64,000 bases of DNA from Dermatophilaceae bacterium (GTDB lineage Bacteria; Actinomycetota; Actinomycetes; Actinomycetales; Dermatophilaceae), in assembly GCA_035691065.1 (NCBI GenBank), contig DASSJT010000063.1:19489-83488 (forward strand), given 5' to 3'. Made by a program: the position numbers and the translations under genes. The notes under the pieces are model-generated. The model had not been told where the DNA came from and searched no databases. It was given only the letters and a program-made list of their open reading frames with translations. Shown one piece after another: positions 1 through 11,148 of this stretch (its first letter is position 1; every line of letters starts with the position of its first letter).

Positions 1-14
1 AGGCCCTCGAGTCC

Positions 15-605
15 GTGGCGCATGCCAGGACTCTCAACATCGTCGCAGTCGAGATGGGCTGGACTCCCGAGTGGCGGGTCTCCCGGCCGCCCGACGTGCC
101 GCTGACTCTGGAGGTGCCGCGGGGGCCGCACCACGCGCTCTCGCTCGCGGACATCGCGGCCGACAGCTCGGACGAGGTGCCGCTCCAGGCGAAGTTCCGC
201 ACCGGCGCGACGCCGACGTGGCACTGGCCCGACGAGCGCGAGCTGGCCGGGTTCATCCGCTCCGCCGTCGACCACGAGCTGGCGTTCAAGCTGACCGGCG
301 GTCTCCACCACGCCGTCCGCGGCACCTACCCGGGGGACCCGGCGGATCTCAGCAGCGCGCCGGAGGAACAGCACGGGGTGCTCAACGTCCTGTGCGCGGT
401 GCGGTGGGCCCTCAACGGGGACGAGGTCGGCGAGCTGGCGTCGGTGCTCTCGGAGCGCGACCCGGCCGTTCTCGTGCCGATGGTCACCCGCATGAGCAGC
501 GCCGACGCGAGCATTGTGCGGGCCTTCTTCACGGCATACGGCTGCTGCACGGTGACCGACCCGATCGGCGAGCTCGCCGCCCTCAACCTGATCCAGGAGC
601 CCTGA
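15..605 (+). CDS. hypothetical protein (possibly 5' truncated by the window edge)
   Basis: 196-aa ORF whose stop lies 1 nt before the fahA start. The frame stays open back to position 3, so the true start may lie upstream of the window. No family recognised by eye (contains KLTGGLHHAVRG). Likely co-transcribed with fahA. Confidence 0.45.
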   Translation: MAHARTLNIVAVEMGWTPEWRVSRPPDVPLTLEVPRGPHHALSLADIAADSSDEVPLQAKFRTGATPTWHWPDERELAGFIRSAVDHELAFKLTGGLHHAVRGTYPGDPADLSSAPEEQHGVLNVLCAVRWALNGDEVGELASVLSERDPAVLVPMVTRMSSADASIVRAFFTAYGCCTVTDPIGELAALNLIQEP

Positions 606-606
606 G

Positions 607-1887
607 ATGGACATGCCAGCGACGTCCTGGCTCGAGCTTCCCGCCGACCATCCCTTCGGCCTTGCCAACCTGCCCTATGGCGTCTTCTCGACGCCTGGCA
701 CGCCTCCGAGAGTCGGTGTTCGCATGGGCGACCTGGTGCTCGACGCCCCAGCGGTGGCGGCACTGGGCGGCGACCCGGGCGATGGTCCCGACCTGGCCAA
801 GGCCTGGCGGCACGCCAGCCTCAACGCCTTCCTAGACCTCGGGCGCCCAGCGTGGAACGTGGCGCGGTGGTGGCTCACCGAGATCTTCTCCGACCCGGTG
901 CACCAGGCGGGCGTCGAGCCGCATCTCATCCCGGTCAGTGAGGTGACGATGCACCTGCCGATCGAGGTTGCCGACTATGTCGACTTCTACGCGAGCGAAC
1001 ACCACGCGGCCAACGTCGGGCGCATCTTCCGGCCCGACTCCGAGCCGCTCACGCCGAACTGGAAGCACCTGCCCATCGGCTACCACGGCCGCTCGAGCAC
1101 GGTCGTGGTCAGCGGCACTGGCATCGTGCGCCCCTGCGGACAGCGCAAGGGCAAGGGCGATCCGGCGCCGGTGTTCGGGCCCAGCGTGCGGCTCGACATC
1201 GAGGCCGAGCTGGGGTTCGTGGTCGGGAGTCCGACCCGGGTGGGCGAGCCGGTGCCGGTCGAGGCGGCCGACGAGCACCTCTTCGGCGTGGTCCTGCTCA
1301 ACGACTGGAGCGCCCGCGACATCCAGGCCTGGGAGTACGTGCCCCTGGGGCCGTTCCTCGGCAAGTCCTTCGCCACGTCCATCTCGCCATGGGTGGTGAC
1401 GCTGGACGCCCTGGCGGCGGCCCGTGTGCCGCTTCCGGCCCAAGACCCCGAGCCCCTCCCCTACCTCCGCGGGGAACCGGGCGAGAGGCGAGGGGAGGGC
1501 GGAGCCGCGGGTGCGCCCGTGTACGGGCTCGACCTCGACTATGAGGTCGAGTGGAACGGCACGGTGGTGAGCCGGCCCCGCTTCCGCGACATGTACTGGT
1601 CGCCTGCGCAGATGCTGGCGCACCTGACGGTCAACGGGGCGAGCGTGCGGTCGGGCGACCTGTTCGGGTCGGGGACGATCTCCGGACCCGAGAAGGACTC
1701 CCGGGGCAGCTTCCTCGAGCTGTCCTGGAACGGCCAGGAGCCCGTAGTCCTCAACGACGGTTCGACGCGGACCTTCCTCGAGGACGGCGACACCGTGGTG
1801 CTGCGGGCGACCGCGCCAGGCCCGGGCGGGTCGGTGATCGGCCTCGGGGAGTGCTCGGGCACGGTCCTGCCAGCGCGGCGGGCGTGA
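607..1887 (+). CDS. fahA: fumarylacetoacetase (fumarylacetoacetate hydrolase)
   Basis: 426 aa. N-terminus SWLELPADHPFGLANLPYGVFS and a FAH-fold C-terminal half (LLNDWSARDIQAWEYVPLGPFLGKSF) are typical of fumarylacetoacetase. Clustered with hppD. Confidence 0.9.
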   Translation: MDMPATSWLELPADHPFGLANLPYGVFSTPGTPPRVGVRMGDLVLDAPAVAALGGDPGDGPDLAKAWRHASLNAFLDLGRPAWNVARWWLTEIFSDPVHQAGVEPHLIPVSEVTMHLPIEVADYVDFYASEHHAANVGRIFRPDSEPLTPNWKHLPIGYHGRSSTVVVSGTGIVRPCGQRKGKGDPAPVFGPSVRLDIEAELGFVVGSPTRVGEPVPVEAADEHLFGVVLLNDWSARDIQAWEYVPLGPFLGKSFATSISPWVVTLDALAAARVPLPAQDPEPLPYLRGEPGERRGEGGAAGAPVYGLDLDYEVEWNGTVVSRPRFRDMYWSPAQMLAHLTVNGASVRSGDLFGSGTISGPEKDSRGSFLELSWNGQEPVVLNDGSTRTFLEDGDTVVLRATAPGPGGSVIGLGECSGTVLPARRA

Positions 1888-2005
1888 CCGGCTGCCTGAC
1901 GCGGCGGGCGTGACCGGCAGCCTGACGCGGCTGGCGTGACCGGCTGCCCGGCGCGGCGGGCGTGACCGGCTGCCCGGCGCGGCCGACCTGAGCGGCTGCC
2001 TGACG
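1875..2005. repeat. 26-bp tandem repeat, 4 good copies plus 1 degenerate
   Basis: The unit GCGGCGGGCGTGACCGGCTGCCTGAC occurs at 1875, 1901, 1927 and 1953 (degenerate at 1979). The fahA stop codon is the TGA of unit 1. The array fills the convergent spacer up to the RDD gene stop. Confidence 0.85.
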
Positions 2006-2015
2006 CGCCGCCTGG

Positions 2016-2999
2016 TCAGCCGTGGCGACGCGGCGGCTGGCGGCCCACGACCACCACGGTGCCGGCGACCTTGTCGTGCAGGGCCTGCCGCTGCGGGTCG
2101 AAGGCGGGGAAGATGTGGTCCAGCGCCCACAGCGGGAGCGACAACAGGCTGATCCCCTGGACGTTGCCCAGCGCGTCGATCACGGCGACAAAGCCGTAGC
2201 GCCGCAGGGCGGTGGAGAAGCTGAGGGTGCCCGGCTGGTCGCGGAGCCGCACGCTGATGTTGGCGAGCCGCTTGCCCGGTGTGGCACCCCAGCGCATGAG
2301 GAAGAAGACGTTGTAGACGACGCCGACGGCGATCCCGAGGAACGAGAACCCGAGCATCCAACCGGTGTCCACGTTCTGCAGGGCGTCCATGTAGCCCGCC
2401 CAGTCACCCCGCTGCAGGGCGCTGGTCATGGGGTCCAGGACCGGCTGGATCGCGCGGTACAGGAACACCCCACCCAGGAGCAGCACCAGCACGTAGCGGA
2501 TCACACCGTCCATGAAGAAGGCCCCGACGCGCACGCCGTAGGAGGCGAGTGGGACGCCGTCGGGAGTCGTCGGGCCACGCTGGCCTGCGTACGGGGCCTG
2601 CCAGCCGGCGCCAGGCTGCTGCCCCGGCTGCTGCCCGGGCCATGGACCCTGCGGCTGGCCCTGCCGCTGGTCAGGTGCCTGACCCTGGTACTGCTGGCCG
2701 CCCGGGTACCAGTGCCCCTGCCCTCCGGGAGGCTGCCCTCCCGGGGGCTGCCCAGCGCCCGGCCAGCCCCCCGGCTGGTGCCAGGACTGCTGGGAGGGAT
2801 GCCTCGAGCTCGCCTCTCCGGCGTTGTCTCCGCCCGCGGACGGTGTCGGGCCGCTGGTCGGCGCCTGGCCGGCATACCGGCTGTCGGTGCGGGTGCGGCG
2901 AGGCGTCGTGTGCTGGGTCCAGACCACCCCGTCGAAGTAGCGAAGCTGGTCAGGCTGCTGCGGGTCGTCGTACCACCCCGGGCCCTGCGGCGTCTCCAT
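2016..2999 (-). CDS. RDD family membrane protein with DUF2510-like N-terminus and a Pro/Gly/Gln-rich linker
   Basis: N-terminal GWYDDPQQPDQLRYFDGVVWTQH motif, about 130 aa of PGQ low complexity, then a C-terminal multi-TM region ending in an RDD-type domain. Confidence 0.7.
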   Translation of the reverse strand: METPQGPGWYDDPQQPDQLRYFDGVVWTQHTTPRRTRTDSRYAGQAPTSGPTPSAGGDNAGEASSRHPSQQSWHQPGGWPGAGQPPGGQPPGGQGHWYPGGQQYQGQAPDQRQGQPQGPWPGQQPGQQPGAGWQAPYAGQRGPTTPDGVPLASYGVRVGAFFMDGVIRYVLVLLLGGVFLYRAIQPVLDPMTSALQRGDWAGYMDALQNVDTGWMLGFSFLGIAVGVVYNVFFLMRWGATPGKRLANISVRLRDQPGTLSFSTALRRYGFVAVIDALGNVQGISLLSLPLWALDHIFPAFDPQRQALHDKVAGTVVVVGRQPPRRHG

Positions 3000-3322
3000 G
3001 TCGGAAGCATGTCACGCGCGGATGTGAATCCTCGCAGGTGGATGGCCGGGCCTCAGCGAACGCCGCGGCGGAGGGAGGCGAACCACACCGCACCGACCAC
3101 CAGATGCATCGGCGCGAGGGTGAGGTGGGTGGCCGTGGAAGCGGTCACGGTCAACGGCATGACGATACTGACCACGGCGATGACCAGCCCAGCCCAGGCG
3201 ACGAACCCCAGTCTCGCGAGGGCGAGCGCCTGCGCGGCATCCTCGCCAACGGGGTCGGAGTCGGCTCGACGGTCATGGCCAAGCTGACCAAGGCCGAGCG
3301 CGGCCAGCTCGGTGCGCTCCTC

Positions 3323-5169
<1,847 letters not shown>

Positions 5170-5176
5170 GGAGGCC

Positions 5177-5392
5177 TTATTCGTGGCTCTCGATCCGGAA
5201 GCCGATCTTGACGGTCACCTGCCAGTGCGCGATCGCACCCTCGACGAGCTGGCCGCGGACGTTCTGCACCTCGAACCAGTCGAGGTTGCGAACCGTCCGC
5301 GCCGCCTGGGCCACGGCGTTGGAAACCGCCTGCTCGATGCTGTCGGGTGAGCTGCCGACGATCTCGGAGATGGAGTACACGTGGTTCGCCAT
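5177..5392 (-). CDS. dodecin family protein
   Basis: 71 aa: MANHVYSISEIVGSSPDSIEQAV...HWQVTVKIGFRIESHE. This is the 3' end of a spurious 769-aa track ORF. Size and sequence are typical of dodecin. Confidence 0.75.
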   Translation of the reverse strand: MANHVYSISEIVGSSPDSIEQAVSNAVAQAARTVRNLDWFEVQNVRGQLVEGAIAHWQVTVKIGFRIESHE

Positions 5393-5502
5393 GTCTGACC
5401 TCGCTCCGTCGCGCCGGCCCCGGGCAGGCCGGACAGCCGACAACCTAGACCCGTCCACGCCCTGCCGCCATGAGTCCGATGGAGGCGATGGCGCCGATGG
5501 CT

Positions 5503-7251
5503 TCAGCGGCGGCCCACGAACCACTCCCGGATCTTGGCGATGCGCGCGGTGACCTGCTCGGACGTGGCCTCCTCCAGTGGGGGGCCGCCACAGGTGCGGC
5601 GCAGGTCTATGTGCACGTTCGCGTGGGCCGCGCCGGTCTTGCGCGCGTACGCCGACACCAGCTTGTTGAGCTCCTTGCGCTGCCCGGCCAGCGCGCGGTG
5701 CGCCGCCACGGGCTCGGCGGCGCGGCGCGGCCGCGACGCGTGCCTCGCCTGCCGCTCGTGGAGCAGGGCGGTCACCTGGTCGGGTTCGAGCAGCCCGGGC
5801 AGCCCGAGGTAGTCCTGCTCCTCCTCCGATCCGACCTCGGCGTGCAGCCCGAACTGTTTGGCGTCGAAGAGCACGTGGTCGAAGTGGGCGTCCGACTCCA
5901 GCGCCTCGAACTGCGCGTCGTCGGGACCGACGTTGTTCTGGGCGCGGTTGGCCTCGGCGATCAGCGCCTCCTCCTCGGCCCACATGCTCGCTGCGGAGTC
6001 GACGCCGCGGATCCGGTCGAGGGCGTGGTCGCGCTCGTCCTCCAGCCGCGCCGCGTGCTCGAGGATGACCGGGACCGAGGGGAGGAATACCGAGGCAGTC
6101 TCGCCTCGGCGACGGGCCCGGACGAAGCGCCCGACCGCCTGCGCGAAGAACAGCGGTGTCGAGGTGGACGTCGCGTAGACCCCGACACAGAGACGGGGGA
6201 CGTCGACGCCCTCCGACACCATGCGCACGGCGACCATCCAGCGCTGGCTCCCCACGGCATACTCCTCGATCCGCGCGGACGCGCCCGCGTCGTCGGAGAG
6301 GACCACGGTCGGCCTTTCTCCGGTGAGGCTCTCGAGGATGCGCGCGTAGGACCTGGCCGACGTCTGGTGGGAGGCGATGACCAGGCCACCCGCATCCGGA
6401 ACGCCGCGGCGTACCTCGGTGAGCCGCTTGTCGGCCGCCGCGAGGACCGAGGGGATCCACTCGCCCCTGGGGTCGAGGGCGGTGCGCCACGCCTGCGCCA
6501 TGGCGTCCTTGGTGAGGGGCTCGCCGAGCCGGGCTGCGACCTCGTCGCCGGCCTTGGTGCGCCACCGCATGGCGCCGCCGTAGGCGAGGAACAGGACGGG
6601 GCGGACCACGCCGTCGCGCAGGGCTTCCGCGTAGCCGTAGGTGTAGTCGGAGGCGGAGCGCCGGATGCCGTCGTCGTCCAGCTCGTAGCGGACGAACGGG
6701 ATCGGCGAGGTGTCCGAGCGGAACGGTGTGCCGGTGAGCGCGAGACGACGGGTCGCGGGCTCGAAGGCCTCGCGCATGGCGTCGCCCCAGGAGCGGTTGT
6801 CGCCGCCGTGGTGGATCTCGTCGAGGATCACGAGGGTGGGCACGCGCTCGGTGCGGGTGCGGTGCAGGTCCGGCCGGCTGGCCACCTGGGCGTAGGTCAG
6901 GGCCACGCCGTGGTAGTCGCGGGAGTGGCGTGCCGAGGAGTTGGAGAAGCTGGGGTCCAGGTGGATCCCGACGCGCGCGGCGGCGTCGGCCCACTGGGTC
7001 TTGAGGTGTTCGGTGGGGGCGACCACGGTGATGGCCCGGACCTCGCCCCGGCCGAGCAGCTCGGCGGCGAGCCGGAGCGCGTAGGTCGTCTTGCCGGCTC
7101 CGGGCGTGGCGGCGGCGAGGAAGTCGCGGGCGTCGGAGGCCAGGTACTGGGACATCGCCGCAGCCTGCCAAGCCCGCAGCTTCGATGCCGTTCCCCACGC
7201 CGCGCGCTTCGGGAATGCTGGTGACAGGTGGGCGGCTGCGGCGGTACTCAT
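5503..7251 (-). CDS. SF2 DEAD/DEAH-box helicase
   Basis: 582 aa. Walker A ATPGAGKTT, DEIH box (VILDEIHHGG) and helicase C-terminal motifs. Lies next to DUF3039, as in many Actinobacteria. Confidence 0.85.
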   Translation of the reverse strand: MSTAAAAHLSPAFPKRAAWGTASKLRAWQAAAMSQYLASDARDFLAAATPGAGKTTYALRLAAELLGRGEVRAITVVAPTEHLKTQWADAAARVGIHLDPSFSNSSARHSRDYHGVALTYAQVASRPDLHRTRTERVPTLVILDEIHHGGDNRSWGDAMREAFEPATRRLALTGTPFRSDTSPIPFVRYELDDDGIRRSASDYTYGYAEALRDGVVRPVLFLAYGGAMRWRTKAGDEVAARLGEPLTKDAMAQAWRTALDPRGEWIPSVLAAADKRLTEVRRGVPDAGGLVIASHQTSARSYARILESLTGERPTVVLSDDAGASARIEEYAVGSQRWMVAVRMVSEGVDVPRLCVGVYATSTSTPLFFAQAVGRFVRARRRGETASVFLPSVPVILEHAARLEDERDHALDRIRGVDSAASMWAEEEALIAEANRAQNNVGPDDAQFEALESDAHFDHVLFDAKQFGLHAEVGSEEEQDYLGLPGLLEPDQVTALLHERQARHASRPRRAAEPVAAHRALAGQRKELNKLVSAYARKTGAAHANVHIDLRRTCGGPPLEEATSEQVTARIAKIREWFVGRR

Positions 7252-7425
7252 AGGGCCGCAACCCTAGCCAATTCCGTTGTGCGACATGCCGAGGCCCTGT
7301 TGCCGGCCCGGGGTCATGGGTTGTGTTATGGCGGCGGTCGGCCCGCGCTCGAGGGCCGCCCATCGTGGCTGGGCGGGAGTGCCCGGGCGGGCGTGATTGG
7401 GCGGGCGTGGCTGGGCGGGGCTCGC

Positions 7426-7728
7426 CTACTCCTTGCCGTCCTCCGGCGGGCGCAGGCCCTCGTAGATCTCCTTGCACACAGGACACACCGGGAACCGTTT
7501 GGGGTCGCGCCCGGGCACCCAGACCTTGCCGCAGAGCGCGGTGACCGGCTCACCGGACAGAGCGCTCTCGAGGATCCTCTCCTTGCGCACGTAGTGGGCG
7601 AACCGCTCGTGGTCGCCGGGCTCCTGGAGCTGGCGCTCGGCGACTTCCTCACGCTCCAGCACCGCGGTGGTCTGCGGCTGGAGGGCCGGGGCGACGGGCT
7701 CGTCCTGCGGGCGCTGCGGGTCACTCAT
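7426..7728 (-). CDS. DUF3039 domain-containing protein
   Basis: 100 aa. C-terminal FAHYVRKERILESALSGEPVTALCGKVWVPGRDPKRFPVCPVCKEIY with a Cys pattern like a zinc ribbon. Confidence 0.8.
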   Translation of the reverse strand: MSDPQRPQDEPVAPALQPQTTAVLEREEVAERQLQEPGDHERFAHYVRKERILESALSGEPVTALCGKVWVPGRDPKRFPVCPVCKEIYEGLRPPEDGKE

Positions 7729-7807
7729 GCCTCGAGTCTAAGCCGCCGGACCGAGCCTCCCGCGGACGGAGGCCGTCCCCGGAGGACGGGTGGCAGCGCA
7801 GCGGAAG

Positions 7808-8395
7808 TCAGTTCATCGAGGGGTCTTCGGGGAAGGTCGCCACGAACGCGAGCTGGTCGCGCTGCCGCCGCAACACCCGCACCCACATGCCGGCCGGGTC
7901 GTCGCTGAAGGCGTCCCTGTTCTCGGCATCCACGACGTACCAGCTCCCCGTGCGGATCTCGACCTCGAGCTGCCCGGGCGACCAGCCGGCATACCCCGCG
8001 AAGATCCGCAGGCCGGCGATCTCGGGGATGACGAGTACGGGAGGCGTGTCGAGGTCGATAAGGGCGATGCCCCCGAAGAGCCGCTTCACTCCGAGGGGCT
8101 CCACGCCGTCGCCCGGGACGGTGACCAGCCCCAGCGCCGAGTCGAGCCCGACCGGTCCGCCCTGGAACAGCCGCTGTGGGCGGGTCGCGTGCTCCTGCCA
8201 GCCGGGCAGGACCGCCTCGATGTCCGCGTCCATGGGCCGGTTCAGGATCACGCCCTGGGCTCCGTCCTCGTCATGGTGCAGGAGCAGCACGACGCTGCGG
8301 TGGAAGATCCCGTCGCCGATCTGCGGGGTCGCCACCAGAAGCTGTCCGGTCAGGCTGTCGCCGTCCACAGATCCATTGTGCCCATGACAGGCCAA
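7808..8395 (-). CDS. YqgE/AlgH family protein (UPF0301)
   Basis: 195 aa. LTGQLLVATPQIGDGIFHRSVVLLLHHDEDGAQGVILNRP is typical of the family. Confidence 0.85.
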   Translation of the reverse strand: MACHGHNGSVDGDSLTGQLLVATPQIGDGIFHRSVVLLLHHDEDGAQGVILNRPMDADIEAVLPGWQEHATRPQRLFQGGPVGLDSALGLVTVPGDGVEPLGVKRLFGGIALIDLDTPPVLVIPEIAGLRIFAGYAGWSPGQLEVEIRTGSWYVVDAENRDAFSDDPAGMWVRVLRRQRDQLAFVATFPEDPSMN

Positions 8396-8497
8396 CCGCT
8401 CCGGTCGACGTCGAGACTCGCCCCGCGTCGCTGTGGTGTCGCGCTGTGGTGTCGTGCGGTGTTGTCGCGGCGTTGGGTCGGCGTGTCGGCTGCGGGA

Positions 8498-10522
8498 TCA
8501 GTCGCGCGGCGCCCGGACGAAACCCGAGCGAGAGTCGCGGCCCTGACGCTGGCCATCACGACGCTGACCGCCGGGACGCCTGCGCGGACCCGAGCCGCCT
8601 GGCCGCTGACCTGCCCGTCGGCTCCTGGGTCCCTCGACGATGCGGCGGAACTCGTCGTCCGAGACCGGCACACCGGTGGGCTCGCTGGCCCCCGTCGCCG
8701 TGAGGACGGCATCGCCGGGGGCCACCTTGACCAGCGGGATGTCCACGCCTGCCTCGCGCAGCTGGCGCTCCATGGTGCGGCGCTGGTGGGGCAGGGCCAG
8801 GGTGACGACCGTCCCCTCCTCACCGGCCCGAGCCGTGCGGCCCGAGCGGTGCAGGTAGTCCTTGTGGTCGGCCGGCGGGTCGACCTGGAGCACGACCGAC
8901 ACGTCGTCCACGTGGATGCCGCGGGCCGCCACGTCGGTGGCGACCAGGACGGGCAGAGTGCCGTCGCGGAAGGCGCCGAGGACGCGGTTGCGGGCGTTCT
9001 GGGTCAGGCCCCCGTGCAGCGCCGCGGCGAGGACGCCTTGCTCACGCAGCTGCATCGCCACCCGGTCGGCACCGAGCTTGGTCCGGACGAACACGAGGGT
9101 GCGCCCCTTGCGGTTCGCCACGTGCGCCGTGATCACCTTCTTGTGCGTCGGCTCGATGAGCAGCGCATGGTGGGCCATCGTCGTCACGCTGGCCTTCGCC
9201 TCGTCGGTCGAGTGGGTGACCGGGTCGGACAGGTAGCGCTCGACCAGGGTGTCGATGCCGTTGTCGAGCGTGGCCGAGAACAGCAGCCGCTGGCCGCCGG
9301 CGGGAACCTCGTCGAGGATCGACGTGACCTCCGGCAGGAAGCCCATGTCGGCCATGTGGTCGGCCTCGTCGAGCACGGCCACCTCCACGTCGCGCAGCTC
9401 CACGGCCCCGCGGTCGAGCAGGTCGCGCAGACGGCCGGGCGTCGCGATCAGGAGGTCGACCCCCCGATCGAGCGCCGCGATCTGGGTGGCGTACGAGAGG
9501 CCTCCGGCCACCAGCTTGTGGCGCAGGCCGATGACGTGGACCAGCGGCTCGAGCGCGTCGGACACCTGCATGGCCAGCTCGCGGGTCGGCACGAGCACCA
9601 GCGCGCGAGGGCGCTTCGGGGTCGACTGGCGGCCGGAGAGGCGGGTGAGGGTCGGGAGCCCGAAGGCCAGCGTCTTGCCGGAGCCGGTCTGACCGCGGCC
9701 GAGGACGTCGCGGCCGGCGAGGGCATCGGGAATCGTCGCGGCCTGGATCGGGAACGGGCTGGTGATGCCGTCCCTGGCGAGTCGCTCCACTAGGCGCTCA
9801 GGGAGCCCCAGTGCAGCGAAGCCGTTGTCCTCGGCGACCTCGACCGGGCCGGTCATGGACGCCCGAGTGGCCTTGGTCCAGGTGTCGGCCATGCTGCGCT
9901 CGGCCTCTGCCTCGGCGTGACGCTGCGCACGTTCGACGTCGGCGTTGGTCCGGTCGAACCGTCGCCGGTCACCGTAGCTGTTGCGCTCGAACTCACGCCG
10001 CGCGGGCCGCTCAACGCCGTCGAACCTGCGCGCAGGTCGCTCGCCGCCGTCGAACCTGCGTGCAGGCCGCTCAACGCGGTCGAAGTCACGCCGCGCAGAC
10101 CGCTCAACGCGGTCCAACTCACGCCGCGCAGGCCGCTCAACGCGGTCGAAGTCACGCCGTGTAGGCCGCTCGCCGCCGTCGAACCTCCGTGCAGGCCGCT
10201 CAAGGCGGTCGAACTCCCGCCGCGCAGGACGGGCGGCTTGCGCGCCGCGGTCAGACCCAGCGGGCGCTGGCCGCTCGAAGCGGGCGACGTCGCGACGCGC
10301 CGGACGACCGGGCTGCTCGGGCCGCTCGAACCGGCGCGGCGAGCCGCCCTCGCGAGCCGGCCGGCCGGCATACTCCCGCTTCTTGTCGGTAGCGGGAGCG
10401 GGAGCCTGCCCGCGGTGATGGGGCTTCTTGGCGCCCTTTGTCGAGGCGCGCTTGGCCTCGGCCTTCTGGGCGGGGGTCCAGCGGGCCTTTTTGGGCGTGC
10501 TGGATCGGGTGGTCTTGGGCAC
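8498..10522 (-). CDS. rhlE: DEAD-box ATP-dependent RNA helicase with a repetitive Arg-rich N-terminal region
   Basis: Q motif FPIQAATIP, Walker A GRGQTGSGKT, DEAD (VLDEADHM), SAT, HRSGRTARAG. The N-terminal ~200 aa is made of ERPARR(D)FD(R/G)V repeats. Confidence 0.88.
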   Translation of the reverse strand: MPKTTRSSTPKKARWTPAQKAEAKRASTKGAKKPHHRGQAPAPATDKKREYAGRPAREGGSPRRFERPEQPGRPARRDVARFERPAPAGSDRGAQAARPARREFDRLERPARRFDGGERPTRRDFDRVERPARRELDRVERSARRDFDRVERPARRFDGGERPARRFDGVERPARREFERNSYGDRRRFDRTNADVERAQRHAEAEAERSMADTWTKATRASMTGPVEVAEDNGFAALGLPERLVERLARDGITSPFPIQAATIPDALAGRDVLGRGQTGSGKTLAFGLPTLTRLSGRQSTPKRPRALVLVPTRELAMQVSDALEPLVHVIGLRHKLVAGGLSYATQIAALDRGVDLLIATPGRLRDLLDRGAVELRDVEVAVLDEADHMADMGFLPEVTSILDEVPAGGQRLLFSATLDNGIDTLVERYLSDPVTHSTDEAKASVTTMAHHALLIEPTHKKVITAHVANRKGRTLVFVRTKLGADRVAMQLREQGVLAAALHGGLTQNARNRVLGAFRDGTLPVLVATDVAARGIHVDDVSVVLQVDPPADHKDYLHRSGRTARAGEEGTVVTLALPHQRRTMERQLREAGVDIPLVKVAPGDAVLTATGASEPTGVPVSDDEFRRIVEGPRSRRAGQRPGGSGPRRRPGGQRRDGQRQGRDSRSGFVRAPRD
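9985..10235. repeat. 30/33-bp in-frame tandem repeat, about 8 copies, inside the rhlE 5' region
   Basis: CCGCTCAACGC-type cores occur at 10007, 10037, 10067, 10100, 10133, 10166 and 10196. Confidence 0.8.
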
Positions 10523-10731
10523 GGGTGTTCAACTCACTTCGGTACTCGAGCAGACACGTCTCGAGCCACCTGGCGAGGGTAACCATGGAAGACGAGCCTC
10601 AGACCGGGACGAGCCGGTCCGGTGGACCAGAGCAGCGGGACGCTCTCCGGTGCGCTCGCGCGGGTGGGGACGGACGGAGGCTTCGGTGCCTCGGGTGGCG
10701 CTGCCAGCGCCGCCGCGCGAGTGCAACCAGT

Positions 10732-11148
10732 CTACCAGCGGCGCAGCCTCGCCCAGACCACGCCCACAGCGCCCCCGAGGCCCACCCCGACGAGGTCGGC
10801 GAGCGCGTCGAGCGGATCGCCCGTGCGATGCGGCAGGACGTCATGCTGGACGACCTCGCTCACCGGAGCGTGGACGGCAAGGAGCCCGAGGACGTATGCC
10901 GGTCGCAGCCGGGCCAGCACCCCCGCGGCTGCCGGGGCGGCGAAGATGAGGACGTGAGCGGCCTTGTCGGCCCACGAGAAGGGCTGCTCGACCGCGACCC
11001 GCGGCCAGTAGAGCGCGACGAGCTGGACCGCCAGCAGGAGCATGAAGGGCAGGGGCGCGAGTGCCGAGCGGGGGCGTTGGGTGGGCCCGGGATCGGCCGT
11101 CAGCGCACTCCCGGTGTCAGGTTCGCCGGGCTCGGGTGTGGTCGTCAC
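10732..11148 (-). CDS. VanZ-like family membrane protein
   Basis: 138 aa with 3-4 TM segments. ADKAAHVLIFAAPA and DPLDALADLVGVGLG resemble VanZ-like proteins. Its start overlaps the malic enzyme stop. Confidence 0.6.
   Translation of the reverse strand: MTTTPEPGEPDTGSALTADPGPTQRPRSALAPLPFMLLLAVQLVALYWPRVAVEQPFSWADKAAHVLIFAAPAAAGVLARLRPAYVLGLLAVHAPVSEVVQHDVLPHRTGDPLDALADLVGVGLGGAVGVVWARLRRW

Noticed and set aside
5177-7486. Very long alternative-frame or antisense ORFs in the track. Examples: 5177-7486 (-), 5470-7224 (+), 832-2361 (-), 7790-9793 (+), 2549-4270 (+), 22037-23230 (-), 34868-36715 (-), 40583-42232 (-).
   Set aside because: Their translations are Arg/Pro/Gly/Ala-rich with no recognisable motifs. 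Each overlaps a gene with clear family signatures on another frame or strand. This is the expected stop-codon-poor artefact of ~70% GC DNA.
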